Part shown: piece after piece, positions 49,310 through 58,918 of the stretch
Numbering within the stretch: the first letter of the stretch is position 1
Layout: every line of letters starts with the position of its first letter
Source of the DNA: Bacteriovoracia bacterium
GTDB lineage: Bacteria > Bdellovibrionota > UBA1018 > CAIPTA01
Length of the DNA stretch: 64,000 nt
Direction: 5' to 3'
Assembly (NCBI GenBank): GCA_050246755.1
Contig: JBFWVL010000001.1
Location: 384,001 to 448,000, forward strand
Program-made: the position numbers and the translations under genes
Notes under the pieces: model-generated
The model's database searches: none
Told to the model about the DNA's origin: nothing
Seen by the model: only the letters and a program-made list of their open reading frames with translations

Positions 49310-50270
49310 AGCCGTGCTCTCTCAAGTAGGCGATCACGCTGCCCACTTTAATTTTTGCGTCGATTTTCAGCAGTATGCGGCGGTCGTCGTCGCTGATCCA
49401 AACAAAGCTATCGCCGTACGTGGAGAGCACTCCGTCGAGCACCACTTCCGGCTTCACCACGATCGTGGGAAGTTCGCCGATCTTTGTTTTCAGCATTTCC
49501 TTACGAACGGCCGTGACCCGTACGTTGCGCAATTTCCCGTTATTCACCACCGGGAAACTATAAGACTTCCCGATCTCTAGCGGCAAGGTGCGCAGGTAGT
49601 AGAAAGAAGAAATTCCGTCCTGGGTAAAAGGCTCCGTAGGGATCTCGAACTGATCCTGGATCTTGCCCTTCTTTTTATGGTCGAGCTTGCTCCAATAATA
49701 GGCTTTATGATTTTTTTGGTCGTAGAGCTCGAGTACTTCGCGCTGCTGCATGCTTTCATCCAGCTTGAGCGAAAACTTATGCGAGAAGAGCCCCGTAATG
49801 TCCACGAAGCTCTCGGCCACATCGTGCAAACGATAAAAGAGAGAGAATACCGGGCTCGTGGTGGCGATCGCACGGATATGAAACGTGGGGCGTGCGTCCA
49901 CTACCTTCTCCGGCATCAGCTGCATTTCGAGATTTCCGGCCGTGGCGCCGAAATAGGTGATGTCGAATAGATAGCGCTCGCCCGTTTTAAAAAAAGGCGC
50001 CATGGTCCAGCGGTTGGGCCAAGCTTCCACCTTCTTGGGCTCCGCCTTTACTTCTTTGGTTTTCTTTTTCGATTTGCTCGGCTTAACCGCCGGTGCCGGG
50101 GGCGGGAGAGCTTTGATTTCCGGTAATCCCCCATTTTCTTTCACTTCAAACTTATTGGCGAGATCGGTTGGCACACCGAATTCCTGGGCGGTGGGCATCT
50201 TCACCGTGGAAGAGTGCGAGGAACAAGCCGCGAGTAGGAGCGCCGGTAAGAGGAGGACGAAGGTTCGCAT
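49275..50270 (-). CDS. DUF3108-like lipoprotein
   Basis: Lipobox LAAC; GERYLFDITYFG, D.ISSFYYLR, VWISDDDRR. Confidence 0.7.
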   Translation of the reverse strand: MRTFVLLLPALLLAACSSHSSTVKMPTAQEFGVPTDLANKFEVKENGGLPEIKALPPPAPAVKPSKSKKKTKEVKAEPKKVEAWPNRWTMAPFFKTGERYLFDITYFGATAGNLEMQLMPEKVVDARPTFHIRAIATTSPVFSLFYRLHDVAESFVDITGLFSHKFSLKLDESMQQREVLELYDQKNHKAYYWSKLDHKKKGKIQDQFEIPTEPFTQDGISSFYYLRTLPLEIGKSYSFPVVNNGKLRNVRVTAVRKEMLKTKIGELPTIVVKPEVVLDGVLSTYGDSFVWISDDDRRILLKIDAKIKVGSVIAYLREHGYDGKPDAAVAP

Positions 50271-50288
50271 AGCGAGAGTTTAACTGAT

Positions 50289-50323
50289 AAATTTGCCGCT
50301 CGCGAGCGCGCGAGCGAGAAATT
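50289..50323. other. GC-rich intergenic hairpin inside the LPS operon
   Basis: CGCTCGCG-AGCG-CGCGAGCG with AATTT/AAATT flanks. Confidence 0.45.
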
Positions 50324-50343
50324 CGCCTAAAATAACAGCGCTT

Positions 50344-51255
50344 TTACCGTAGCAGTTCCCCTGCTTTACCTTCCGGCAAGGGGGAAAGATCCCCCTTCCA
50401 GCGGCGGTGAATCCAAAGCCACTGGGAAGGAAACTCCCGGATCCAAGCTTCCGTGTGACGCACGTACGCCGCAGTATTCAGTAAAATCGCCTGATCGGTA
50501 TCTTCATGCGTGAGGGTGGGGAGAACTGGATCGAATCGAACTAAATAACGGCCGTTTTTTTGGCGGATCGCCAGCGCGGGAACTACGGGCACGCCCGTGC
50601 GAAGCGCCAATGCGGCCAGGGCGGTATGGCTTCCTACTGCCTTTCCGAAAAAAGGCACTCGCGCCCCTACCGGGGCACCCGCATACTGGTCCATTACGAA
50701 ACCCACCATTTCTTTCCGGCGCAACGCCTTGAGAATGTCTTGCATCGTTTTCGGCTCCACCGCCATCCTCACTCCGAGCAATTGCCGCGTAACTTCGATG
50801 ATCCGGTGTAGCCAGTCCGGCTTGAGCTTTTTGGTGACCATGGTCACGGAGCTAAAAAAGCGCCAGGGACCAGAAATGGTGAGGAGCTCCCAATTTCCGA
50901 GATGAGCCGACAGCACGAATACCCCCTTGCCTTCCGCCAACGCGTCCCGGAGGTGCTCTTCCCCGCAAAAATCCGTATGGCGGCGTAAAAGATCATCGAA
51001 GCGATAGAATGAACGGAAAATTTCCAAAAAAAGAGTTCCGAGCTCGCGGTAGATCTCCTGGGTTAGGCTCTGCATTTCGCCCCGGCCCTTTTCGGGAAAG
51101 GCCAGCGCCAGATTTTCCTCTACTACCCGCTTACGGAATCCGCAGAACGAAAGAATATTCCCCAGGCCGTGGCCGGCGGCCAAGAATAAAGAACGAGGAA
51201 AAAAAGATAGGAAGAAGCCTATCAGTTTGAAAAAAATCAGCCCGAAATAGAACAA
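50344..51255 (-). CDS. Lipid A late acyltransferase (LpxL/HtrB family)
   Basis: SAHLGNWE, DQY..VPFFG, PSQWLWIHRRWK. Confidence 0.9.
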   Translation of the reverse strand: MFYFGLIFFKLIGFFLSFFPRSLFLAAGHGLGNILSFCGFRKRVVEENLALAFPEKGRGEMQSLTQEIYRELGTLFLEIFRSFYRFDDLLRRHTDFCGEEHLRDALAEGKGVFVLSAHLGNWELLTISGPWRFFSSVTMVTKKLKPDWLHRIIEVTRQLLGVRMAVEPKTMQDILKALRRKEMVGFVMDQYAGAPVGARVPFFGKAVGSHTALAALALRTGVPVVPALAIRQKNGRYLVRFDPVLPTLTHEDTDQAILLNTAAYVRHTEAWIREFPSQWLWIHRRWKGDLSPLPEGKAGELLR

Positions 51256-52289
51256 CGCCTTGCCTCCGCAAAAATTTCCGCCAGGAAACGCTGGATTTTC
51301 GCTTCGTCGGCTTCGCTGAAGCGAAGCCTCACTTTCAGGACCAGACCGCTCGTGCCGGCAAGATCCTCCTTCCAGCGAGCCGCATCCTTCTCGCTGAGAA
51401 GCAGGACCGCGCCGCTATTTTTCTGCAAGGCGATTTGAATTTTCTTAAGATCCGCGGCCTCCAGGCGATGGTGATCGGGAAATTGGATTTCTTCCTTTAC
51501 CGCCAAGCCGAGCGAAAGTGCCATCGCGCGCAAGCCTGCCGGTTTGGCGATGCCGCTGACCAGCACGAAGGCTTTGCCCTCGGTGGAGAGAACGCCCTCG
51601 CCCGTGATAAAATCCGCGAATTCGCGAAACTCGTAGGCCGCCCATACCAAATCCGGCCGTTTAGCGCCGGAGCGCTTCCAGAGAGCCGGAAGCCGGTTTT
51701 CCATGTTCGCCGTAACGGCGGCGGCCAAAACTTTTCTTTCCTGGCTTACCAGCGCTTCGGAACGCGTGATCGCCACGAGATCGGCCCGGCCCAGCGCTTC
51801 GGCCGGCTCGCGCATTCTTCCGAACGGCAGGGTTCGCCCGAAAATAGATTCCTCGCCGTCGACCATCACTACGTCGCGATCGCGAGCGAGCTTCCAGTGC
51901 TGAAAGCCATCGTCGAGAATCACGAGCTCGGGCGCGCCGAGTTTCTGCCAATTCTTTTCCGCCATCCGGCCCCGATCGGGATGTACCAACAGAGAAATGC
52001 CCGGCAGCCGGTTCTTAATCATCCAAGGCTCGTCGCCCAAAAGGTCTACGCTCGGAAGCTTCTCTTGGGATCCTACGATCACCAGCTCGCCACTTTTCCT
52101 TTTATACCCGCGGGATAAAACGGCCGTACGCAGCCCGGCGGCCAAGGCCCGCTCGGCGAGCAACATCACGAACGGCGATTTCCCTGTTCCGCCGAGCGAT
52201 ATATTGCCCACACTCACTACAAATCCGGGTAAACGAACAGGCTTCACGAATTCATTTTGATAGAACCAGGAGCGAACTTTTCCGATCAT
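51237..52289 (-). CDS. lpxK: Tetraacyldisaccharide 4'-kinase
   Basis: VGNISLGGTGKSP, SRGY, GDEP, DDGFQH. Confidence 0.93.
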   Translation of the reverse strand: MIGKVRSWFYQNEFVKPVRLPGFVVSVGNISLGGTGKSPFVMLLAERALAAGLRTAVLSRGYKRKSGELVIVGSQEKLPSVDLLGDEPWMIKNRLPGISLLVHPDRGRMAEKNWQKLGAPELVILDDGFQHWKLARDRDVVMVDGEESIFGRTLPFGRMREPAEALGRADLVAITRSEALVSQERKVLAAAVTANMENRLPALWKRSGAKRPDLVWAAYEFREFADFITGEGVLSTEGKAFVLVSGIAKPAGLRAMALSLGLAVKEEIQFPDHHRLEAADLKKIQIALQKNSGAVLLLSEKDAARWKEDLAGTSGLVLKVRLRFSEADEAKIQRFLAEIFAEARRCSISG

Positions 52290-53449
52290 TTACGTTCCCG
52301 CAAAAAACGAAGAATGGCTTGCGCCGCATTGGTGACGGGATGCCCCTGCCCCTGCAGCAGGGCCCGCGTACCGGCGAGTTTCTCTTTCTGCCGCGTCCAG
52401 GCGGGATCCGCCATTACTTCTCTTAAAGAAGAAGCCAGCTGAAACGGCTCCACATCATGTTGCAGTATTTCGGGTACCACCCGCTCCTCAGTGCCTAACC
52501 CTTCGTGAATGATATTCACGATGGCAATCGGCCCCCGGTAGCGCACGAAGTTCCGGAATAAAAACGCCGTAAATGAATTTACCTTATATACCACCACCAT
52601 CGGCGTGCCCACCACGGCCGCCTCGAGCGTGGCGGTGCCGGAGGCGATCCAAGCCGCCCGTGATTTTCGCAGAATTTCATGGGCCGGCGCCTCCCAAACG
52701 CGAAAAGCCGCGCCGAGAGACCGTATGGAATCGCCGTAAGGGCCGTCGGGAGATAAAAATTCCCTCACCAGCGCGCTTTTCCGCAGAGGCTCGGCCACCG
52801 GTAAATGAAATTCCAGGCGGGAATCCGCCCGGCTCAGAAGCGCAGCGGCGGCCACCATCGGGCCGAAAAGATTGCGCCACTCACTCTCCCGGCTGCCGGG
52901 CATGAGGGCGATCTGATGCTCCACCGGGCTGTAGGGCAGCTTAGGAATTTCTTCGGTAACGGGATGGCCCACGTACTCCACCCGCAGATTTCCCGGAGCG
53001 TTTTGCCGGTACCAATCCGGCTCGAACGGCAGGATCAACAGGAGGAGATCAAGACATTCCGCCATCTGCTTTACGCGGCCCGAACGCCACGCCCAGACTT
53101 GCGGGGAAATATAATAGACCACCGGAATACCGAGCTTCTTCAAGCGCGGGGCCAGACGCAGGTTAAAGTCGGGTAAATCGAGGAGAAGCGCGAAGTCGGG
53201 TTTTTCCTTCGCGCCCAGCGCTTCCAGCTCCTTGAAGAGCTGCAGCGTTTGCGGGATTTTGCGCAAAGCTTCGGTAAGGCCCACCACCGCCATATCGCGG
53301 GCGTGCCGGATCGGTTTCAGCCCCTGCGCGATGAGCTGGTCGCCACCGATTCCGATAAGCTCTATTGGTTCCGACTTGGCGAGCTCGGCCACGAGATGCC
53401 CCGCATGGAGATCGGCCGACGCCTCACCTGCTACGACGAGAATTTTCAT
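52286..53449 (-). CDS. lpxB: Lipid-A-disaccharide synthase
   Basis: AGEASADLH, SPQVWAWR, PGSR..E, SGTATLE. Confidence 0.95.
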   Translation of the reverse strand: MKILVVAGEASADLHAGHLVAELAKSEPIELIGIGGDQLIAQGLKPIRHARDMAVVGLTEALRKIPQTLQLFKELEALGAKEKPDFALLLDLPDFNLRLAPRLKKLGIPVVYYISPQVWAWRSGRVKQMAECLDLLLLILPFEPDWYRQNAPGNLRVEYVGHPVTEEIPKLPYSPVEHQIALMPGSRESEWRNLFGPMVAAAALLSRADSRLEFHLPVAEPLRKSALVREFLSPDGPYGDSIRSLGAAFRVWEAPAHEILRKSRAAWIASGTATLEAAVVGTPMVVVYKVNSFTAFLFRNFVRYRGPIAIVNIIHEGLGTEERVVPEILQHDVEPFQLASSLREVMADPAWTRQKEKLAGTRALLQGQGHPVTNAAQAILRFLRERK

Positions 53450-54444
53450 GGCGATAGAGAAGGACGGATTTCCAGCTTTTCCATGCGGCGATTGATGTCT
53501 GCCACCACCCGCTCCGCCACTTCGATGGCGGCGAGGCCTGCCTGGCCGGAAACCAACGGCGCCCGCTTTTCGCGAACCGCGGCCACGAAATCACGGATTT
53601 CCTCCGCGAGCGCGTCCTCCACCTTGAGAGATCCGCTCTGGTGGGAAATAGCTTTGGCCAAATCGGTTTCTCCCGGATTCTTAAGGTATTGCTCGAAAGT
53701 TCCGGCGGCCAAGTCGAGAGAGAGATAAGAGTCACTGCAGAAGATACGGAACTTGCGCGTGCGCCCGATCGAAATGCGGGACGAAGTAAGATTGGCCACG
53801 CAGCCGTTCTCGAACTCGAAGCGGCAGTTGGCAATATCAATCATCTTCGTGAGCACGGGAAAACCCGACGCATGGATTTCCTTCAGTGGGCTGTTCGCCA
53901 TGGCCAGCATCAAATCGATGTCGTGGATCATCAGATCGAAGATCACGTCGATGTCCGTGGAGCGCGCCGGAAAAGGGCTGAGGCGGTGGCACTCGATGAA
54001 ATAAGGCCGCCCGCGCAGGGACTGGTAAACTTCCACCGCGCGGTGCCGCTCTACCTGGCCGGTAGCTAAGATCAGACCCTTGCGCTCGGCCGCGTCTACG
54101 AGCTTTTTTCCCTCGGCCGAAGAGGAAGCGAGCGGCTTCTCCACCAGCAGGTGGACGCCCTGATCGATCAGGCGCAGGCCCGTGCTCACGTGTTCGTCGG
54201 TGATCGTCGCGATGCTCGCCAGGTCGGCCTTCGCGGCTTTTCCGGCGGCTACGGCGGTGAAGTATTCGTCGAGCGAGGAAAAGAGCGGCGCGCGCAGCCC
54301 GTACTTATCGGCTTTCGCCTTCAGCTCGGCGGCGCGGGGATCGATGAGGCCCACGAGCTCCACTCCCGCCAGGTGCGCGTACTTCTGCGCGTGAAAACCA
54401 CCCAGGTGGCCGAAACCGACAACGATGGCGCGCAGAGTTTGCAT
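53446..54444 (-). CDS. Gfo/Idh/MocA oxidoreductase, probable GnnA
   Basis: GFGHLGGFH, LVEKP, DLMIHDID; lies between lpxA and lpxB. Confidence 0.8.
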   Translation of the reverse strand: MQTLRAIVVGFGHLGGFHAQKYAHLAGVELVGLIDPRAAELKAKADKYGLRAPLFSSLDEYFTAVAAGKAAKADLASIATITDEHVSTGLRLIDQGVHLLVEKPLASSSAEGKKLVDAAERKGLILATGQVERHRAVEVYQSLRGRPYFIECHRLSPFPARSTDIDVIFDLMIHDIDLMLAMANSPLKEIHASGFPVLTKMIDIANCRFEFENGCVANLTSSRISIGRTRKFRIFCSDSYLSLDLAAGTFEQYLKNPGETDLAKAISHQSGSLKVEDALAEEIRDFVAAVREKRAPLVSGQAGLAAIEVAERVVADINRRMEKLEIRPSLSP

Positions 54445-55221
54445 CTAACGGCTGATTCCTTTTTCGCTTTTACGGATGAAATCGATGAAATACTGAGCAT
54501 CCGGCTGGCCGGAGAGTTTCTTATCCAGCTCCACGAGCGCCTGCTCCCGCTCTAGCCCGCTTTCGAAATAAATCTTATAGGCTTCTTGAACAGCCTTCAT
54601 GCGTTCCCCGTCGAAGCCGCGGCGGCGGAGTCCCACTAGATTCAGGCCGCGCACTTCGCTGGGATCGCCCACGAGGATCACGTAAGGAGCCACGTCTTTG
54701 CGTACGCCCGTCATCCCGCCGATGAACGCGTGTTTTCCCACGCGCAAAAACTGCGTCACCCCGCATACGCCGGAGAGAATTACCCAATCTTCTAAAACCA
54801 CGTGGCCGGAAAGGCCGGAATAATTCGCCATCACCACGTTGTTGCCCACCAGGCAGTCGTGGGCCACGTGGCAGTAGGCCATGATCAGGCAATCATTGCC
54901 GATCTTGGTGAGGCCGCCACCCGTAACCGTACCGGTATTCACCGTTACGCATTCGCGGAAATGATTGCGATCACCAATCTCGAGGCGTGTGGGTTCGCCC
55001 TTATACTTCAAATCTTGGGGCTTTCCGCCGAGCACGGCGTAAGAGCCGATCTCGTTGTTCTCGCCGATGGTGGTATGCCCCTCCACGCACGCGTGGTGCA
55101 TGATCTTCGTGCCCCGGCCGATCTTCGCGAATTCTCCCACGTACGCAAAAGCATCGACGGTAACGTCGGCGGCGAGTTCCGCCTTCGGATGCACGAACGC
55201 CATTGGATGGATATTGCTCAT
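54445..55221 (-). CDS. lpxA: Acyl-ACP--UDP-GlcNAc acyltransferase
   Basis: Hexapeptide repeats, PQDLKYKG, HVAHDC, GLNLVGLRRRGF; start MSNIHP. Confidence 0.95.
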   Translation of the reverse strand: MSNIHPMAFVHPKAELAADVTVDAFAYVGEFAKIGRGTKIMHHACVEGHTTIGENNEIGSYAVLGGKPQDLKYKGEPTRLEIGDRNHFRECVTVNTGTVTGGGLTKIGNDCLIMAYCHVAHDCLVGNNVVMANYSGLSGHVVLEDWVILSGVCGVTQFLRVGKHAFIGGMTGVRKDVAPYVILVGDPSEVRGLNLVGLRRRGFDGERMKAVQEAYKIYFESGLEREQALVELDKKLSGQPDAQYFIDFIRKSEKGISR

Positions 55222-55733
55222 AACCCCTCCGCTACCACGCTGGCCATCAGATCGCATTCCACCACGAGCTGGCCGTCGATTTCACCGGTGCAGTGGAATC
55301 CCCAGATCGGGCCCCGCTGTTTTTTCACTTCGCATTTCACCGTAAGCGTATCTCCAGGAACGAAAGGGCGGCGAAAGCGGGTATTGTCTACTCCGGCCAA
55401 ACGCAGCTCAAATCCCCCGATCACTTTCATGTTTTCGTCCGTCTTCACCCAGGGCATCACCCCGTAGCTGCACATTTGCGCCATGGTCTCGATCATGATC
55501 ACGCCGGGAGTGATGGGCAATCCGGGAAAGTGGCCGGTAAAATACGGCTCATTGATCGTGCAGTTTTTTACGCCGACCACCTTGGTGCCCACGGGAATTT
55601 TCTTGCCCGTTTCGTCGAGGGGAACTTCCACGCTGAGGATTTTATCCACGAATAAAAATGGATACCGGTGCGGAAGATAGTTCTGGATCTTGATTTGGTC
55701 GAAGGGACCATACTTCTGTACTTCTTGGCTCAT
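55218..55733 (-). CDS. fabZ: 3-hydroxyacyl-ACP dehydratase
   Basis: [32 protein letters not shown]. Confidence 0.95.
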   Translation of the reverse strand: MSQEVQKYGPFDQIKIQNYLPHRYPFLFVDKILSVEVPLDETGKKIPVGTKVVGVKNCTINEPYFTGHFPGLPITPGVIMIETMAQMCSYGVMPWVKTDENMKVIGGFELRLAGVDNTRFRRPFVPGDTLTVKCEVKKQRGPIWGFHCTGEIDGQLVVECDLMASVVAEGL

Positions 55734-56782
55734 AGCTCTTTTTCCTGTTTTTTCCGCTCAGCAAACAATTCTGGTAACCGGGAAATATAGGCCTGCAGGC
55801 GGCGGTATTCTCGGCGCGGCATCGCGGGTACCCCGCCCCACATGATTCCCGGAGGGACGATACTCGAAACGGCCGAAAATGCGGAAATCTGTGCGCCGGT
55901 TCCCACGCGAACCTTATTCGCGATTCCCACGAAGCCCGCGATCACGGCGTAATTTTCCACCGTCACGGATCCCGCCAAGCCAGTGCAGCCGCAGATGATC
56001 ACGCCTTCGCCGATTTGGCAGTTATGCCCGATCTGAACTTGGTTATCGATGATGCAACCATTGCCGATCACGGTATCCCCGAGGGTACCGCGATCGATCG
56101 TGGTGCTCGCGCCCACTTCCACATCGTTGCCGATCCGCACGCCACCAATATGGTGGATCTTCACGTGCTTCACGCCGGTAGCAGTACGCTCTTGCACGTA
56201 GCCAAAACCATCGGCGCCGATCACGGAATTGGCGTGGATACGCACGCGCTCGCCGAGGCGGCAGTCCTGGTAAATCACCGCGCCGGGAAAAAGCACGGAA
56301 TCCTGGCCCACGTGCGCTCGTTCACCCACGTAAGTGTTCGCGTGCAAAATCACTCCCGATTCAATTTCCGCGGCGGCTTCCACCACGGCAAAAGCGCCGA
56401 TCGTGACGTTCGCCCCGATGCGCGCGGACGGATGAACCTGCGCGGTGGCATGCACCGAAGGGGCCGGAGGCAGTTCCGTTTGGAAATAGCGGCTGGCCTT
56501 GGCGAAGGCGAGCATCGCATCGCGGCTGCGCAAGCGAGTCAGCTGCGGCGCGATCGTCTCCGCTTTTTCCCAGAGCGAATCGCTAATTACGAAAACCCCG
56601 GCCTGCGCGCTGGCCAGCAAGGGCAGAAGATTCTCTTGAGCGACAAAAACTAAATCGCCGGCTTCGGGCTTTTCGATGGGGACAATGCGCGCGAGCTCCA
56701 GCCCGCGCAGCGAAGAAAAATCTCCAACCAGACCCAGCTCAGGGAAAAGATCCCCGAGGAGGACCTTACTTTTTCGCGTCAT
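55730..56782 (-). CDS. lpxD: UDP-3-O-acylglucosamine N-acyltransferase
   Basis: [22 protein letters not shown]. Confidence 0.95.
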   Translation of the reverse strand: MTRKSKVLLGDLFPELGLVGDFSSLRGLELARIVPIEKPEAGDLVFVAQENLLPLLASAQAGVFVISDSLWEKAETIAPQLTRLRSRDAMLAFAKASRYFQTELPPAPSVHATAQVHPSARIGANVTIGAFAVVEAAAEIESGVILHANTYVGERAHVGQDSVLFPGAVIYQDCRLGERVRIHANSVIGADGFGYVQERTATGVKHVKIHHIGGVRIGNDVEVGASTTIDRGTLGDTVIGNGCIIDNQVQIGHNCQIGEGVIICGCTGLAGSVTVENYAVIAGFVGIANKVRVGTGAQISAFSAVSSIVPPGIMWGGVPAMPRREYRRLQAYISRLPELFAERKKQEKEL

Positions 56783-57305
56783 AACGCTTGATCACTTCGT
56801 CGGTGATATCGTCTTGGTCTTGGGCGTAGATCACGTTGCCGCCATCGATCACGAGGGTATAGCCCTTTTCTTTGGAAACTTGGGCCACGATCGTGCGCAA
56901 CTTCTCGATGATGGGCTTGGAAATATCTTGGTCGCGTTTCTGGAAGTCAGCCTGGCTCTTCGCTTCCTGCTCGCGGAGGCGCATGATTTGGCCCTGGATT
57001 GCTTCCTCTTTTTCGCGGCGGGTTTTTTCGTCCATGATGCTGGCTTGTTTACGCAGATCTTCCATCGAGTCCTGGATTTTTTTGCCATCGGCCTGAAGCT
57101 TCTTCTGGCGATCTTCCCATTCCTTGCGGAGAGTCTCTTCGGCCTTTTTGCCTTCTTTTACGCTCTTGATGGCTTCCTGCATATTGAGCATCGCCACTCG
57201 GGTGGTGGTAGCTGGGGCGGAGGCCGCGGGAGCGCTAGGAGCAGCTACGGCGGTGGCGGAAAGAGCGAAGAGGGCAATACATGCGAGCGAATGAGCGAAT
57301 TTCAT
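56766..57305 (-). CDS. skp: OmpH/Skp periplasmic chaperone
   Basis: Signal peptide, coiled coil, KGYTLVID...[10 protein letters not shown]; upstream of lpxD. Confidence 0.9.
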   Translation of the reverse strand: MKFAHSLACIALFALSATAVAAPSAPAASAPATTTRVAMLNMQEAIKSVKEGKKAEETLRKEWEDRQKKLQADGKKIQDSMEDLRKQASIMDEKTRREKEEAIQGQIMRLREQEAKSQADFQKRDQDISKPIIEKLRTIVAQVSKEKGYTLVIDGGNVIYAQDQDDITDEVIKRYDAKK

Positions 57306-57426
57306 CTGAATTTTCTCCTTAAGGTAGAGCCGATGCGCAATGTGTCAGCGCTTAAATGGCAGCTCTAAGGCCTCCACTATAGTGGAGACACTTGCGGGAG
57401 CAAAGGCTTTCTTACATTCTAGTAGG

Positions 57427-58293
57427 ATGAAAATCCTACGACTTTTACCCATCCTACTTTTCCTCGCACCGCACATTTCGCATAGCGCCGAAACCGTGGT
57501 CTTCCGCGAGGATCTTTTTAGTCCGTTCCCGGCCGGCTTCATGATTCCACCCGACCAGCCAGAAGGATTCGTGGCATTGCCACCGGGCCGGCCTTTTCCT
57601 ACGCTGGCGTCGGACCCCCGCGATTTAAAGATCGGGCTCATAAAAAACAGTAAGGACGAAATTGAAGCGAACATCGGCGGCTACCGTTCGCTCGTGGGAT
57701 GGAAAGGAAACATCAAAGACAGGTCTACCGTGATCCACGGGGGCATCGAGGGGAATGGCTATTTCCTCATGCGCCAAGAAGGCTCGAAATTTCCCCTCCA
57801 TAGTTCCGATGGCTTGATCGGGCTTTACGCCGAGGCCATCCGCGGCCTCACGATGTATCAGCTTCGCTACACCCACGTTTCGGCGCACCTAAGCGACGGA
57901 CTCTTCGGGGTGCGCCAAAGGATTTTCTATACACGCGAAACTCTTTCGCTGCGCTTGGCGCGGCAGCTGGATGTTTTCCGCGTGTATGGCGGGTATCACT
58001 ACCTCGTGCATACCGAGCCGAAAATTCCTAAACACTCCCTGCAGGCGGGATTCTACTCGATCCTTCCTTGGCATTGGCAGAAGCTGCACCCCTACTTCGG
58101 CGCGGACTTAAAAGTGCGAAACAAAGAAGAAGGCACGACCTATACGATCGTCGGCGGCGGAGCTTTGGTTTCCAGCCTCGGCGCTCCTCCCGTGAGGCTC
58201 GCGGTCAATTACACGAAGGGCCACGATTTACGCGGGCAATTTTATAAAGAGAAATCGGAAAAATGGGGTTTTGGCCTCGAGATGGACTTTTAA
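57427..58293 (+). CDS. Probable outer-membrane beta-barrel (DUF1207-like), inverted between bamA and skp
   Basis: Signal ending SHS, FPTLASDPR, H.SAHLSD, GQFY, terminal Phe. Confidence 0.72.
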   Translation: MKILRLLPILLFLAPHISHSAETVVFREDLFSPFPAGFMIPPDQPEGFVALPPGRPFPTLASDPRDLKIGLIKNSKDEIEANIGGYRSLVGWKGNIKDRSTVIHGGIEGNGYFLMRQEGSKFPLHSSDGLIGLYAEAIRGLTMYQLRYTHVSAHLSDGLFGVRQRIFYTRETLSLRLARQLDVFRVYGGYHYLVHTEPKIPKHSLQAGFYSILPWHWQKLHPYFGADLKVRNKEEGTTYTIVGGGALVSSLGAPPVRLAVNYTKGHDLRGQFYKEKSEKWGFGLEMDF

Positions 58294-58440
58294 CCGGAAT
58301 CAGAATCGGAAATCGGAAATCGGAAATCGGATCGGATTCGGAAATCTGGTCTGATTGAGATCTGATGCTGCTATCTGCCTTCGGAATAGATGGCGGATTA
58401 CGGAATCAGATCTGATTCGGAAAATTGTTCCGGTGACTGA
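58294..58440. repeat. Left repeat arm: (ATCGGAA)n and variants
   Basis: CCGGAATCAGAATCGGAAATCGGAAATCGGAAATCGGATCGGATTCGGAAATCTG... Confidence 0.88.
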
Positions 58441-58485
58441 TTTTAGGACTCTACCTCGTCCTATTTTTGGACAAGTTCGTATCCT

Positions 58486-58788
58486 CTATTTTGGATGGCA
58501 TAGCCGATATAAATGCGCTCCTAGAATGTCCGCTTCTTTTACTAAATCCGGAAATTCCTGCGGCGATAAATCCAAAGCTGCCTGTGATTCGCGCAGAGAA
58601 CCAAGTGCTTGAAAAAAGAATCGATTCTGATCTTTCCGAGTAGATCGGCCACATCCCTCAGCAATATTCAGGGCAATAGAACTCGAAGCCCGCAGAAGCT
58701 GATCCTTTAAATAATCTGGTAATTTTACGGAACGGCAATTGCGATGAAACGTAATCGCAATTTGATACGTACGAACATTTTTTAGCAT
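58486..58788 (-). CDS. Four-helix-bundle protein (23S rRNA intervening-sequence protein / Avd-like family)
   Basis: DQLLRASSSIALNIAEG.GR.T.KD..RF...A.GS..E signature; RBS AAAGGAG; start MLKNV, 100 aa. Confidence 0.92.
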   Translation of the reverse strand: MLKNVRTYQIAITFHRNCRSVKLPDYLKDQLLRASSSIALNIAEGCGRSTRKDQNRFFFQALGSLRESQAALDLSPQEFPDLVKEADILGAHLYRLCHPK

Positions 58789-58817
58789 GAATACTCCTTT
58801 AGTAAGCCCGGGCTTTC

Positions 58818-58832
58818 GCAAGAACGAAGCCA
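58818..58832 (-). promoter_or_regulatory. Candidate sigma54 -24/-12 promoter of the four-helix-bundle gene
   Basis: TGGC-TTCGTTC-TTGC, exact TGGC-N7-TTGC spacing, about 30 nt before the ATG. Confidence 0.45.
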
Positions 58833-58849
58833 AAAACCACTAAAGGAAA

Positions 58850-58918
58850 GGGATTTCAGATCAGATTTCAGACAACGATTCAGAAGGCTGACGACAGAGT
58901 CCGATCAGCTTTCTGATC
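58850..58918. repeat. Right repeat arm, inverted relative to the left arm
   Basis: GATTTCAGATCAGATTTCAGA...GATTCAGA...TCCGATCAG; reverse complement TCTGAAATCTGATCTGAAATC resembles TCGGAAATCGGATCGGATTC. Confidence 0.8.

Noticed and set aside
58294-58440. Possible CRISPR array
   Set aside because: Units are 5-7 bp and degenerate, with no unique spacers and no cas genes.
58486-58788. Diversity-generating retroelement or rRNA intervening sequence
   Set aside because: The protein is Avd/IVS-like, but no reverse transcriptase, TR/VR pair or rRNA sequence is present in the window.
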